From Tubiluchus corallicola (Eukaryota; Animalia; Priapulida): DNA of 64,000 bases. Where the stretch lies: positions 744,180 to 808,179 of the forward strand of contig JAQGDQ010000005.1 of NCBI GenBank assembly GCA_030141605.1. Direction: 5' to 3'. Both the position numbers and the translations under genes were made by a program. The notes below the pieces were generated by a model. That model ran no database searches, had not been told where the DNA came from, and worked only from the letters and a program-made list of their open reading frames with translations. Position 1 is the stretch's first letter. Each line of letters opens with the position of its first letter. Positions 13,643 through 25,700 of the stretch are shown piece after piece.

Positions 13643-16600
13643 TTATTTTCTTTTCTTTTTTGATAACTTTCTTTTGCTTTTTCCAGGTCGTTTCTGTTTT
13701 GTAGTTTTTTTGCCTTTCGCTGCTTGATGTTTTCTCACATCAAAACCAGCCATACTCGCCGAACTTTCCGCAGTATTGTATTTTGAACGCTTTTTTTGGC
13801 CACCGTGGCCAAATTTTTTGTTTTTTAGTTCTCTTTTCTTATTTCTTCCAATTGTTCTTGATTTTTGATCAGTAGTTTCTTGAGCATCATTAGCATCATT
13901 CTCTAAAAAGTTGACCGGAATATTTTTTCCTGCCCTGTATTTTTTAACTAGATTTAGCATTTTTCTCTTCTCTGCTTGTCTATTCTGTTGTACCTCCTGT
14001 TGAACTTTCTTTCCATACTTTCTAAGCATTCGCAGCTTTTTCGCTTTTTCAGACATATCCATCTTCATTTTCTTGCTAAGTAGTACCTCCCTCATTTTGT
14101 TCATATGCTCTTCAGATTTGACCATTTGAGCAAAGTAGTCATCTGGCCGCTGTGTTGGAATCCCGAGTTTCTGAAATACACGAGAAAGATCATAAAACAT
14201 TAATTAGTTTTTAATAACTGAGATCAATGACTGTAACATGGAAATCAAACTTGCACAATCAGCCATACAACATTACATAATTACCATTACATGACAATCA
14301 GGGTTTCCAATCCTGAAGTATTTCCTAATCTTGCCTATTTCGGGATCATATTTTTTAATCCAGGTCCAGATCATGAGATTTTCGTGATTTAATTCAAATG
14401 ATTCTCTCTTCTAAAAAAATATGATTTCCTTTATACCAGGGCAATTTCAACTTTCCATTAGTATTTTTTTTTGGTAACAGTTAATCGGGTACTTGTTTTC
14501 ATTCTCCAAATCTTCATGTTTTACTCAGTCGCTGACTAAGCCAACACATATAATCTTCCGGGATCACATGTTTTTATTAGCAAAAGATTTCAGGGTTAGG
14601 AAACTGCTGGTACTTAATTGAATGAAGTTCGTAAGTAAAATGTATTATCACTGATAGGAAATGTGAAAAACTGATAAAAACCCAAAAAATCTTTAATATA
14701 TTAGTGTTTTATAACTTCTAAATAACATCAACACCAAATAACTAAACACCAACTGGAAACCGTGATGACAATTAATATTGAAAGAAGCAATCATAAAATG
14801 CACCTGCAATTTCGGAATTCCGTTAAGGACAGCATCTTGAGCTTGTTTATAAAACATCATTTCTCGTTTGAAATCATCTTCACTTGTTGCATTTTCAGTT
14901 TCCGACTCTGACTGTACAGATGCCCGATAAACCAAATCTAGTGCTTCCACCCACTCCATGTTTAACTTTATTTCCTAAAAATAGAATATGAACATTGAAT
15001 AAAATAACCGGAACACATCAACATTATGGCACAAATACAGAATAATGCTGTTTTGCAGTATAAAAATCGTGTAACACAATTAAACATAAAAGGTCCTATG
15101 AAACTTGCGAGGAACAGCGCAAAGACATCAACGAATTAGGCATGTTGCATCATATTCCTTTAAATTAAATCAAAATATTTCAATAGTCCATCTATCATTC
15201 TCAGTTGAAAAGAAAAAAGAACGTATTCTAAATTTAACGTCGTGTGGATTAAAATTTATACGGCAGTTGTAAATCTGCAGGGCAAAGGAAAGATTTGATA
15301 AATTATTAAGTTATAAATTAAATTGAATTTTAATATTTCTGAAGGTTCTGAATTGCTGGAAACAACATTAAAATGTTACTACCTTTAGCTGATATTCTAC
15401 GTTTGCAAATCTAATGAGATACAATTACAATAAGATCAAGTTAAAAGTAAAGCAACTGAACAAAACATGTATACATAGAAACTGCAGAGAACTGATTATA
15501 TTCAGATTAAGCATTTCAGCAAAAACAAGACTAATCATAAGTCGGGTATAGTGGTGAACACATTACACCCGAGTTACGATTCCTCAAAATTTTTCCTTAT
15601 CCTTGAAAATGACAATACAGCATTTAACTTTTATACACTAAATGTTTTTCCTTTAAAATAATTTAGCTATTTTTGAAAACTGTAATTTTTTTTTGAAAAT
15701 CACTGTGTCATAAAAGTCAACTTGTCACATTTAGCAAACTTGTGTTAGGAGGCTGCAGCTTCACTTGCACAGCAAGTTAAGACGTTGTTATGCATACGCC
15801 TATGGAGAAAATGATACGTCATATTATATACACCATTGCTTTGCTATAGTAAATTGTAAATTACGGGTGACATATGTTAGTTTAACGTGCAAGCCCTGGA
15901 GTGTTAATATCAATTAGTGTTTGGTTTTTAAATGGGATGTACCATACATGATGAAAGACACGAGACAAAGTCAGCTTGGCCTTGATAAGAATTTGCAAAG
16001 CAGTTTTCCGACTTATCATCAAGGCTGGTAGTACGGTACGAAATTACGGTATGGTACAGTACGACATAACGGTATTTTATCCGTACAATTTCCGAAACCT
16101 TTATCGACCCTTTCCATACCATTTTACTCAGCTTTTTGTAGAATCTTCATTGGCCTGCAACTCAGAGTGAAGACTTGTTTTGCTGATGGATGCACTTATT
16201 GTTCTGCCCCAATTAACACAGAGTACAACAGCTATATTACTACTAAGATTAGTTTGTTTTGGGGGCAAAAGCGTCAACTTGTTTAGGAGCACCTGTTGTC
16301 ATTTCCCGTAAATAATGTTAAAGGAAAACAGGATGATTTTTCATATACTATTGCATTTTCAAGGATGGCAAAAGTATACACTTTAACACCAATAATATTG
16401 TAAAAGCATTCCTGATAATTAAATAATAGATTAAAATCTTAATTAATGGTGGGTGATGCCACTATTGATGACATCACAAACTAACACAATTTTCAACATC
16501 AAAAATGTTCCATGAGCATGTGTGCGAAAGCGAAAATTGAAGTACAGAGCTACTGTAACAGATTCAGTATGTTGAACTAAAACAACTCATCAAGTTTCAA

Positions 16601-18250
16601 GATAAAAATTCAAATTTCAAATTTACCGCTGCACTCATGCATGAGCTGTCGAACGTATGCAGTTTGTCACAAACGAACACATCTCAACTGAGAGGTACAG
16701 CACCTGTTTTTGTGCAATGCTTTCCGAAATGCAGGCACTAGTGCCTGTCTAACTAGCGAATATTTGATGAAATGCGTGTAACAGCGAAGAACTAGTGGCG
16801 TGAACACGAAATTGCGTTTGTGTGGTAATAATTCTTTTACGTAAGTCATTCTTTAAAAAATATTATGTTTCCTTTCAGTATTTTAAAGAATAAGTTGATT
16901 TGACCTACAGTTTTGCTTTAAGTATTTTGCTTCCTTTTCCATGCTTGACACATATTCAGGAAACAACAATGTTTTAACTGCTATTTCTGTCTATTGTCAA
17001 GATTGCTGTCTAGCTCAAGCTATACAGATTCTTTTCAAATAAGCACATTTCAAAATCTATGTCATTAATGAGGAAAGTTTAGAACTTTGCCAATCTATGC
17101 AAAACAGTAGCGATTTAATATTTAACTGCATATCACAGTTATCACGAGTTAAATTATTGCTTTGCCAACAAAAGAAATTTGAGGCGTATTGGTCTAACAC
17201 ATTAACCAGCTTGGCCATAACAATTAATAACTACAGAAGCTATAAATTTTGTGTATTCTTATGTACACAAATATGTTACCTGCAGGAAAAGTTATCTAGA
17301 TTATGCTAAATTATTACATGAGATGAAGTGCGTTCTACGTTTTCTATGGAAGCTGCATATAACTTCTAGTATTAATTAGTGTTGTATTATGATATAATTA
17401 CAGATGTTTTAAGCCAGACACTTTAAATTTGAATTAACATTAAAAGTTTGACACTAGTGAACATGTAATTTAAGACAACCATTAAAAACTAGTTAATAGG
17501 CCAAACTCGTGTCTGCCACAAAATTATTAATTAAGTAGTTCAAAATAAATTTAGATCTTGTGCATAATTATGTGACTTTTGGAACTTGAAATAATTAGTA
17601 TGGAATTTAAAACTGAACAATTTGATATGAAACAGTACATAAACAGTACGTAATTGATAAACTAATTGAGTTTACTATTCATTTTTATGCATCTCCCATA
17701 GTAGATCGTACATGCATTTGGTACGGAATCACAGTACGACTTTTATTGTACTAGAACGATACGACTTAATTTTGCAGGTACGGTTCAGAATTACGGTATG
17801 GTGTTTTTTAAAGGTACGAAGTACGGTATTTTTTCGTGCCGTACCATCGTGCCAGCCTTGGTTATCATACATTCAATAAATTCTATGTATTGAACTATTA
17901 AAGCCCTAGTAATTAACTATATCACTTATTATATGACTCATGCCAGAGTTGGCATACCATAACCATCGAGTGTTGTAAGGATAACAACCAACTACTACAT
18001 CCAGGATTTTATTTCTCAATCAGGCAGTTAGAAACTATGAAACAATTAATGGAAACTCAAACTATCTGGATTTGTAATAATTTCAATAAATTAAAGTTTG
18101 CACCTGCAGCTTTGCTTCAAGTCCTTGCCTTTCAAAAACGTGCTTTTTTCGTACTTGCAGTTCCTTGTTGACTGGCTTCTCAGATAATTCAGAATTATCA
18201 CTCATTATTTCTTCATCCTTAGTACTACTAGGCATACTTTTGCGTTTCAT
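13643..18250 (-). CDS. EBNA1BP2: rRNA-processing protein EBP2 (EBNA1-binding protein 2), 281 aa
   Basis: Exons 18250-18104, 14974-14804 and 14170-13643 (147+171+528=846 nt, all phase 0, GT-AG). Hallmark motifs WVEALDL, DDFKREMMFYKQAQ, LGIPTQRPDDYFAQMVKSEEHM, KFGHGGQKKRSKYNT and KRPGKSKR. Minus-strand AATAAA at 13159-13164. Confidence 0.96.
14299..14609. mobile_element. Degenerate hAT-like MITE in EBP2 intron
   Basis: Imperfect TIRs cagggtttccaatcctgaa / ttcagggttaggaaactgctg and internal cgggatc repeats. No clear TSD. Confidence 0.5.
16020..17860. mobile_element. Non-autonomous hAT-type element (1.84 kb) in EBP2 intron
   Basis: TIRs caaggctgg / ccagccttg, subterminal gtacgg/tacggta arrays at both ends, and an 8-bp TSD cttatcat / gttatcat (7/8). 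Confidence 0.85.
16438..16885 (+). repeat. Interspersed repeat, copy B, nested in the hAT element
   Basis: Collinear similarity to 2581-2965. Confidence 0.8.
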
Positions 18251-18879
18251 CTTTTCTCACTAAAACAGACTAAAATATTGTTCAGGTAAAGAATGTCAGT
18301 TTAACATGAAGTGTCTGGCGATGCTTTTAAAGACAATCTAGTCACTACTACTTTACTATTAACAGTATACCTATGCTAATAAGACGGGTCAGACACATGG
18401 TGTTCACATCGTTTGAGCCTCGTTCTCTCTTTTTATCTTACTATAGCTATGACAGACAATAACTGTCCAACCTGCCCAGAATGATTAGTACAATGCTCCA
18501 AGCACAAAATCATCATCGGCAGCAATTTTCTTCTGAACGTTTACAACGAACGGTAAGGATTTTTTGAAAATAACAAGATTGTCAAATGTAGTCATACATT
18601 GCCACGCAAGGAAGAAATCAATGCAATTCGAAAACATATCCACGAAATAATTAACAACAGTAAATTACACGACTATAGTCAAAAACAGTAAGTATTCTCA
18701 TAGACCTAAAATGAAGTTTTTTCCATGGAATGAAGTACCAATAAATGCTGTAAACGTTCCTAATTATATATACATAGATGCAAAAACAAGCTTCATCAAA
18801 AATGTACACAACAGTTTAAGCTAGTCACTACCAGAAAACAATTTGAATTTAATGAATGCTAAAAATCATTGTCATTGTC

Positions 18880-19620
18880 CCCATCGTCACTGTCTTCCGA
18901 CCATGCACTATCTGAATTTACACTATCGTAAGTAGCAAAACCATCATCGACTATGGAATTTTAGATTTGTCATTGCTTTCAATGTCTGTATCAGCATTGT
19001 AGAGATCTTCTCCTTGTTCCTTAGTTCTTATATGGTGAATCCACATTTCCACTATCTTTAGTATCATATCTTCTTTTAGAAGGGATTCAGGAAGAGAATC
19101 ACCTTCATACCAATGAGGAACCAGAAAGCCATCACCATTCTCATGCCAACCAAAGTCTATTGGATCTCTACCCATTGTTAGGTCAACTTCGTGGACATTA
19201 GACCACATGAGGGCTACATAACGAGGATGCATCAGGTGTTGAAGAACTTTCGTGCGTGGTGGCAGTGATGCACAGTTTATTTTCTTTTGTCGACTAGTCA
19301 TTTTTACAAATGCTTTGGAACTGGTTTCATCCACATCACTGATGGACTTAAAGCCATAAAGTCGACATACGAACTCCGTAATGGCACCAATATTCCATTT
19401 CCTGAACACTTCGATTTAATCAAGACTACTTACCTTTGGTTTAGCCTTACCTTTCCTGTAGGAACAAGAAGTAAAATCACATCCTGTCAGAGCAAGAAAT
19501 GAAACAATAGCTTCTGTCAAGCCACTTTGTTTTGATCCCAACTGTTGAGCAATGTCTGTGACATTGATCAGTCGACAACTATTTTTGGTGCCAAAGTCCA
19601 ATAATAACTATGATTGTCGG
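18880..19620 (-). mobile_element. Decayed AcademX-like DNA transposon, XPG-like/C-terminal region
   Basis: FLALTGCDFTSCSYRKGKAKP (H3TH-like), EFVCRLYG, SLPP...LQH..(R)YVALMW and DPIDFGW...GFLVPHW are motifs I recall from Academ-type proteins. Frameshifted. Confidence 0.65.
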
Positions 19621-19639
19621 TGATCCGATTAGTTTTCGT

Positions 19640-19860
19640 GTCAGATTTATCAAGCAAAAGGTGTGCGTAATGCATTCGGTCATCTGTTGACAATGGCAAC
19701 AGATACTATTGATTTACAAAGTGTGCTGAAGTTTCCTATTACTAGTAATATCCCGCTTTCCCTGGCCCATTTCAACGGTTCTCCCACGAAAACGGAAAAG
19801 GCTAGTCTTACCAAACTTCTGGAGAAAAAACAGAAAGATGTGATTGATGTTAAATGTTCA
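19640..19860 (+). mobile_element. AcademX-like fragment in opposite orientation
   Basis: RNAFGHLL...IDLQSVLKFPIT..PLSLAHFNGSPTKTEKASLTKLLE resembles the block that precedes the XPG-like domain in the same proteins. Confidence 0.6.
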
Positions 19861-20979
19861 CTGAGATTTATATCCGCGGTTTTCTCTAAACCATCGCAAG
19901 ACAGTTCACTTAATGCTAAAATGTTGCTAAACACCTTCCAAACCAAATCCATCAGCTAAAAATCATGCACGTGCAATCTAGCATCTCTATGCTCTTTATT
20001 CACCGATGTTTGTTGTGACGTTTTGTTTTGATTACTAAGACCATAGATAATAATATTACTAACGGATTACGTACAAATATAAACATGCATGACCGAAACG
20101 TACTGAACTCTGCTGAAATTTTAGTAGACAGACCAAAACGCTTATAGATTTTGTACTGCCACTTTGCCTTTAACTCCCTAAAGTGCGTAGATGAATGGTA
20201 CCTGTTACAATAACGTATTCAGGCTTCCAAACACGTCCTAAAGGTATTAATAAAGGAGGCTTCTAGAGCACAAAAATTTGACCAATGCACATTGGATCAT
20301 AGTTTACGTGCTTCTATGGGATGTCAGCAAATACATAATTGCCACTGCTCTACACTACACTAAGAACTAAAAAGAATAGATAAAAACGGACAAAATCACA
20401 AGAAAGAGCATTAATCTTAATCTTGAATGAAGAATACTAATTCTAATATTCAATACTGCCCTTATTTGCAGATTTGAAGGTCATGATTCGATAGAGGTAC
20501 AATTCACATTGGTTTCTCAGTTGGAACAGTGTTGCAATTCGGTTTTTCAAGAATTTCATGAATGCAAAGAGTGCAACGAATTTTAAAAACACATTAAATA
20601 AAGATAATAAAATTATTAAAAAGTATGATGATACCTTTAGCTTAGTTTATTTATTACATATCTGTTGTAGCACGTAAAAAACTTTTCATAAAATAATAAA
20701 AAATACAGTAGAACATCTACTAGCACATTACATAATTTGCACTTATTAAGATGTGCAGGAGGACACACAGATCGAGAAAAGTTACTTACATGTGACCATA
20801 AAATTTAAAAAGCTTTGTTAAATCAAGATATTCAACTCTTCTATAAAGTAACTTCACATTTCCATTTTCCAGCAGTAGTTGAGTAATGTCGAGTTATTAA
20901 TTATAGAAGCAAGCAATAAATTCCACATTGGAACTGTCGACACGATTTGAGAAAAATTCATGAACATGAGTCTTACGCG

Positions 20980-21835
20980 CAGTGTTGAGGTTATTACTTT
21001 TGAAAAGTAATCAGTCGTGGTTAATTACTTTGCAACAATTGTAACCGAATTATTAATAACTGACTAGAGTGAGAGTTGAAATTCGTTTATTTTTTTCAAT
21101 ACTTTTTGCCAAGGGTAATCCGTTTATTACTGATTACTGAATACCTTTAGCAAGCGTAATCCCTTGTAGATTATCCATTACTTCTGTGTGCTAGTTTGAG
21201 TGAGATTAGCTATAGTGAAATTAGAACAATGCTTCTGCAATATGTCTAAATCTCTTATTATATTAATTTGTTCTATAATTTTCTAGCATTTTATAAACAA
21301 TTCGCTGCAATGTAGAATTATAAATGTAAATAACAATTTTTTTCTCTGCACACACCATGCACTGCACTTTTATAATTATTTAGTTTTTCTGTGTTTACAA
21401 AGTTAAAGTAGTGGCCCTTTTGCCATTAATTTTTGTGAAAAGCTCCTGCTTACTGAGATGACGACAAAGCCTGATCTTTTTTAACCGTACCCACTGTGCA
21501 TAAAAAATCAGCTACAATTGTAAGTCTTATCAGGCAGTTAATCAGAATGTCAAATGAGGTCATTAATTATTGGAACACTATGATTAACCACAATGTGTAT
21601 GAAGGCATTGCATGGCAGTTTGCCAGAGATAAACAAAAGGAAGGTGGCTAAATGATCAATACAATCAATACTTAAACTTAAAATGTTATTCTTGGCCAGA
21701 TAAGTAACATAGGTTTGGTAGCATTACTACCATAGTATCGAGTAACCTGATTCCGACACTAAGCCTAATTGCATTACATTACTCGTTACCATAAAAAGTA
21801 AGCTGATTAGAGTAAAGCGTTACTGCCCAACACAG
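20980..21835. mobile_element. hAT-like MITE
   Basis: Ends cagtgttg / caacacag, subterminal gtaat/attac/gttac repeats, and a decayed 8-bp TSD cttacgcg / cttgcatg (differences are all transitions). Confidence 0.7.
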
Positions 21836-22041
21836 CTTGCATGTGCACCTTAAAAGAGCTTTAACGATAACTTTTAAAAACAGCGAGGTTATCACTTGTT
21901 GACATCCTGCATGCACTTTAAAAACAATGTTTTCTTGTTTTTTTTACATAATAAATTGATAGTTTATGGTACCACCTACCACGAAAAGCAATGGTAATAG
22001 TCACAAGGATAATAAAAATTAATACTTTTGTACTTATGCTG

Positions 22042-22449
22042 TAGGTGTGATCATTCTCTACCAGAAAGCAAATTCAAATCAGAACCAGAATCAAACCTAA
22101 TTTCGAGATTTTGAAATGAATCAAATTTGCAAAGATAGTTGCAAAGATTTTCGAATTAATTTTCAAATCGTTATAATAAAAGTGGTGTCACAAAGATCAT
22201 ACACATTATTGATTTTATTCTGCAGTGGAAACACTAATAATCTTTTTTAAAAATTGCAAACAGAAATTGCAGCTAAACTGTACTGTTTATAATTACGTTT
22301 CAAAATGTTTTAATGCCAAAAAAATGATGTAGTAGAAGTATTGAATTACTCAGATCAACAATTTTAGGTTGGAATTGAATTCGAACTAAAAAAACTCGTT
22401 TTAATCTAATTCGATTCGATTTGAACTCGAACGTTCGGCGATCACTCTT
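22042..22449. mobile_element. Degenerate MITE with gaatc/ttcga subterminal repeats
   Basis: Ends taggtgtgatc / gatcactctt; gaatcaaa repeats on the left and attcgattcgattt on the right. Confidence 0.45.
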
Positions 22450-22479
22450 TGAATCTACTGATACTAGAAAATCTAAAAC

Positions 22480-22575
22480 TGAGAGCCCGATACCGGACTG
22501 TGAAACGTTACGTGTCGCAGAGAAGGCACTTCGTGCTTCGGCGATCTACGGTGCTGCTGCCTCTGACGACAGATT
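22480..22575 (+). promoter_or_regulatory. GC/CpG-rich patch, probable promoter or 5' UTR of the F-BAR gene
   Basis: Local CpG enrichment about 200 bp upstream of the ATG at 22757. Confidence 0.4.
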
Positions 22576-22756
22576 TCTTTGAGCAAAATAATAAATCGCC
22601 CATATTTAAGGAGACCCACTGAACATGTAAAATTGAAATTAATCAGGATTCTATTTTGTGATTTATATTGTAATGATACTCCCGTTGTTTTTCTGACCAA
22701 ACGGTATTAGTGCTCACTAGACCTCACGTATATAGTTGTGTATTGTAGAAGGCGCA

Positions 22757-25700
22757 ATGAACTGGGGCACGGAATTATGGGTAAGTCTCCATAATTAGGA
22801 TACGTCTAACTTTTTAATTGTTAATGACATCACAAAGTGTAGCTGTAGTACTAAATGAGATAGAGCGGATTTTGGAATTCCAAAATCATCGTCCCGAGCT
22901 TATAAGAAAAACTGAGAATGTTAACGTGAAACATATTTTATAAAATTATACTGAACTCAAGAAAATGATTTTTGAATGTTAAAATCATTCAAAACCGTGT
23001 GAAACGAAAGTTAAAAATGGGAAAAAATAAAGTGTTTTTGTTAAGTCAAGCTTACTGGCACAAAATAATTGAAAATTATTAAACCTGTAATGATGATGCT
23101 TCTTTATCTGTTGATCTTAGATCATTATGTGTTGTTTTTCAGTGGCATTGTGAAAGCTTCTGGACATAGAAGGCAAAAGGTGTAGAAGTGCCCCCTACCT
23201 CCCTGGCTCTTCCTCCCCTAACTTCCCAGCTAGGAGTCTGGGAGTGATTTTCCCCTTACTTCAGGCATTTTAGAGGCAGCTTAAAATGAAATTAATGGTG
23301 AAACCCTTGTTGCAGAATCATAATAAGTAAAAACAGCTAAAAAATAATTTTTGGGACATTTTTCTTTTTTCATTTTATCCCTTCTTTATTTCTTCGTATT
23401 TTGGTTACTTGCAGAACTGCTAGGGGGGGTATTTGGCCCTTTGCCTTCCCTATCACAATGCCACTGTTACTTTTTTGAACTCTAAGTTACTGGGGTAAAA
23501 GTACCAGACTGCTACTAAATGGTTATGTAAAAATTCATTCAAACTTCTGAGTTTGGTTGTGCATGCGGCTGCTTTTATTGGCTGGTATAAGTACAATGCG
23601 TTTTTCTTCACTGATCTGTAAATTTTTTCACGATTTTATGATAATGTATGTTACAAGTTCATGTATAGTTCCTAGAAATTGGAAACTTGGAAGCAGACTG
23701 CCAACAGGTATCTCTGCATCTGTGACCTATTTATTGAAAAGTTTAGATAGATCTGGCTGTGTGACAGGTTACATTGCCAATTTCTACAGAGCAACAAGTA
23801 AAAGTAATGCAAGCTTGTTATACCAAAAACTACAGAAACAGAGTACGTTAACTAAACCTAGCGTGTATGGCTATTACACGATTGTTCCAGGCTTACATAG
23901 TTAACTACAGAATCAAGCTCTTAACTATTTTTTCGAGACTGAGATGATATTACATATCACAAAACTATAAAAAAATAATTTAGTGCTATAAGTTGAATAA
24001 AAATGCAAATAATTTGTTCAAGTTGTTGTGACTCAAAGCGTGGCTTGCGTTTCAGCAGTTTACTTACACTCTTCTAGCATGTACCGATGTCCAGATAAGA
24101 TGATGTAATTCTTGCCCAAATGTGGTTACTTGGTTAGCTGTTATTTTTTGGTAAAAAACAACATATTATAGCTTCTTTGAAGATTTTCAGTTAGGGTACT
24201 GTCTGAATGTCTAACATCTAAGCAACTGCTTAGCTTTAGTGTGATGGTTATAAATATTCGTTATAAATATTTCTTTGTTTTTGTTTGAGAGATCTTTTTA
24301 AAAGTGCTGATCATTATAAAACAAATTTCACTTTTATTATTTACGACCATTGTTTCCAATAACTTCTGCTAAATGGGAGCCAAACTAGGTTCTAGTTAGT
24401 CTGTGTGCTCATTTCATCTCAATTTTTTTTAATTTTTGGCATTAACCTATAATGAGTTCCAAGAATTAATCAAGTGAGAAGCTAGGACATCAGTTGTGTT
24501 CACTGAATGGTTTGCAGTCATAACCTCGTTGTTTTCTTCGTGATCTAGTGATGTTTTTGCACTTGCAGAATCAAACTGACCTTTTTGTTATTTTATGTAT
24601 AGCAAACTAGTAGTAAGGTCAGTATATATGTTAGTTAGTATATCTGTTTCAACAGAACTAACTTTATACATCTGTGTTTCATTTATTCTAAGCCTTCGCA
24701 AAAAAGTTGCATGTTGTTCTGTCCTATGCCATTTTATTTTTTCAGTGCAATGCTGTATAAATAGAAAAATATTCTTATTAAACTGGCATTACGGCATGTT
24801 GACGACAAATTATCTTAAGTATTGTGCTTAATGGCTGTAAACCTGTCACAGTTAAATTGACAGCTAACATTTGTCTAAAAACTGTATTGCATTGTTATAA
24901 TAATACTGTAGAATAAGATCTTTTGACAAATAATAAAGTTTTACTAAAAAGTCTAGAATGTTTCAAATACAGTGTCTTCATTTGAACTCAAGGTTGACTA
25001 TGATAATTCACAAATTAATAACTGAAAGTTGTAATAAGTTAAGAGAACAATTTTATAGGTAATAACTTGTACTTGTCATTATAGGTGCTCAGTCTGTTTG
25101 CCTCTGCAAATTTACCAATTTTTATTGCAAAATTAATCTGTTTGCAATGTTCTAATGCTGTTAGCTCATTATTTTTACCAAAAAATGAGTGAAACATTTA
25201 TCCTTGTGCTATTTCTCCATGTACAATTTGCGAGGCTGTTCTCAAGCATTACATGATACAGTATGTGGTATTTTGTGTTGCCCACAAAGTTTGATATGGT
25301 ATACGGAAAGGTTGACAACGGCCAGTCACATTCTACACCTGTGACTAAAGTCGGGAAACTTATTGCCGTCATGCGGGGTCTGTCGAGTGTCTTGTCGAAA
25401 ACCTTTTGTCTCAGATCGCAGACTTTTGGTGTGCAGCAACCTTGGCACAAGATGCATGTCGTGTTTCAAAATGAATGAGCTAGGGTTGAATGATCACGAC
25501 CCAGAGGATCATGAATATTCAAGTTATGTGGGATTTTGCACATTTTGCTAAAAATCTACGTGATGTATGTGGTAGACAAAATGTTTTTATATCAATTTTG
25601 GACACTAGATTATATGAGCTTTAAAAAGTCCTGCTGTTGCTATGGTGTACAAGGTCTTAATTTGGTAGTTGCTAGGGTGTAAACATGACCATTTCATCCA

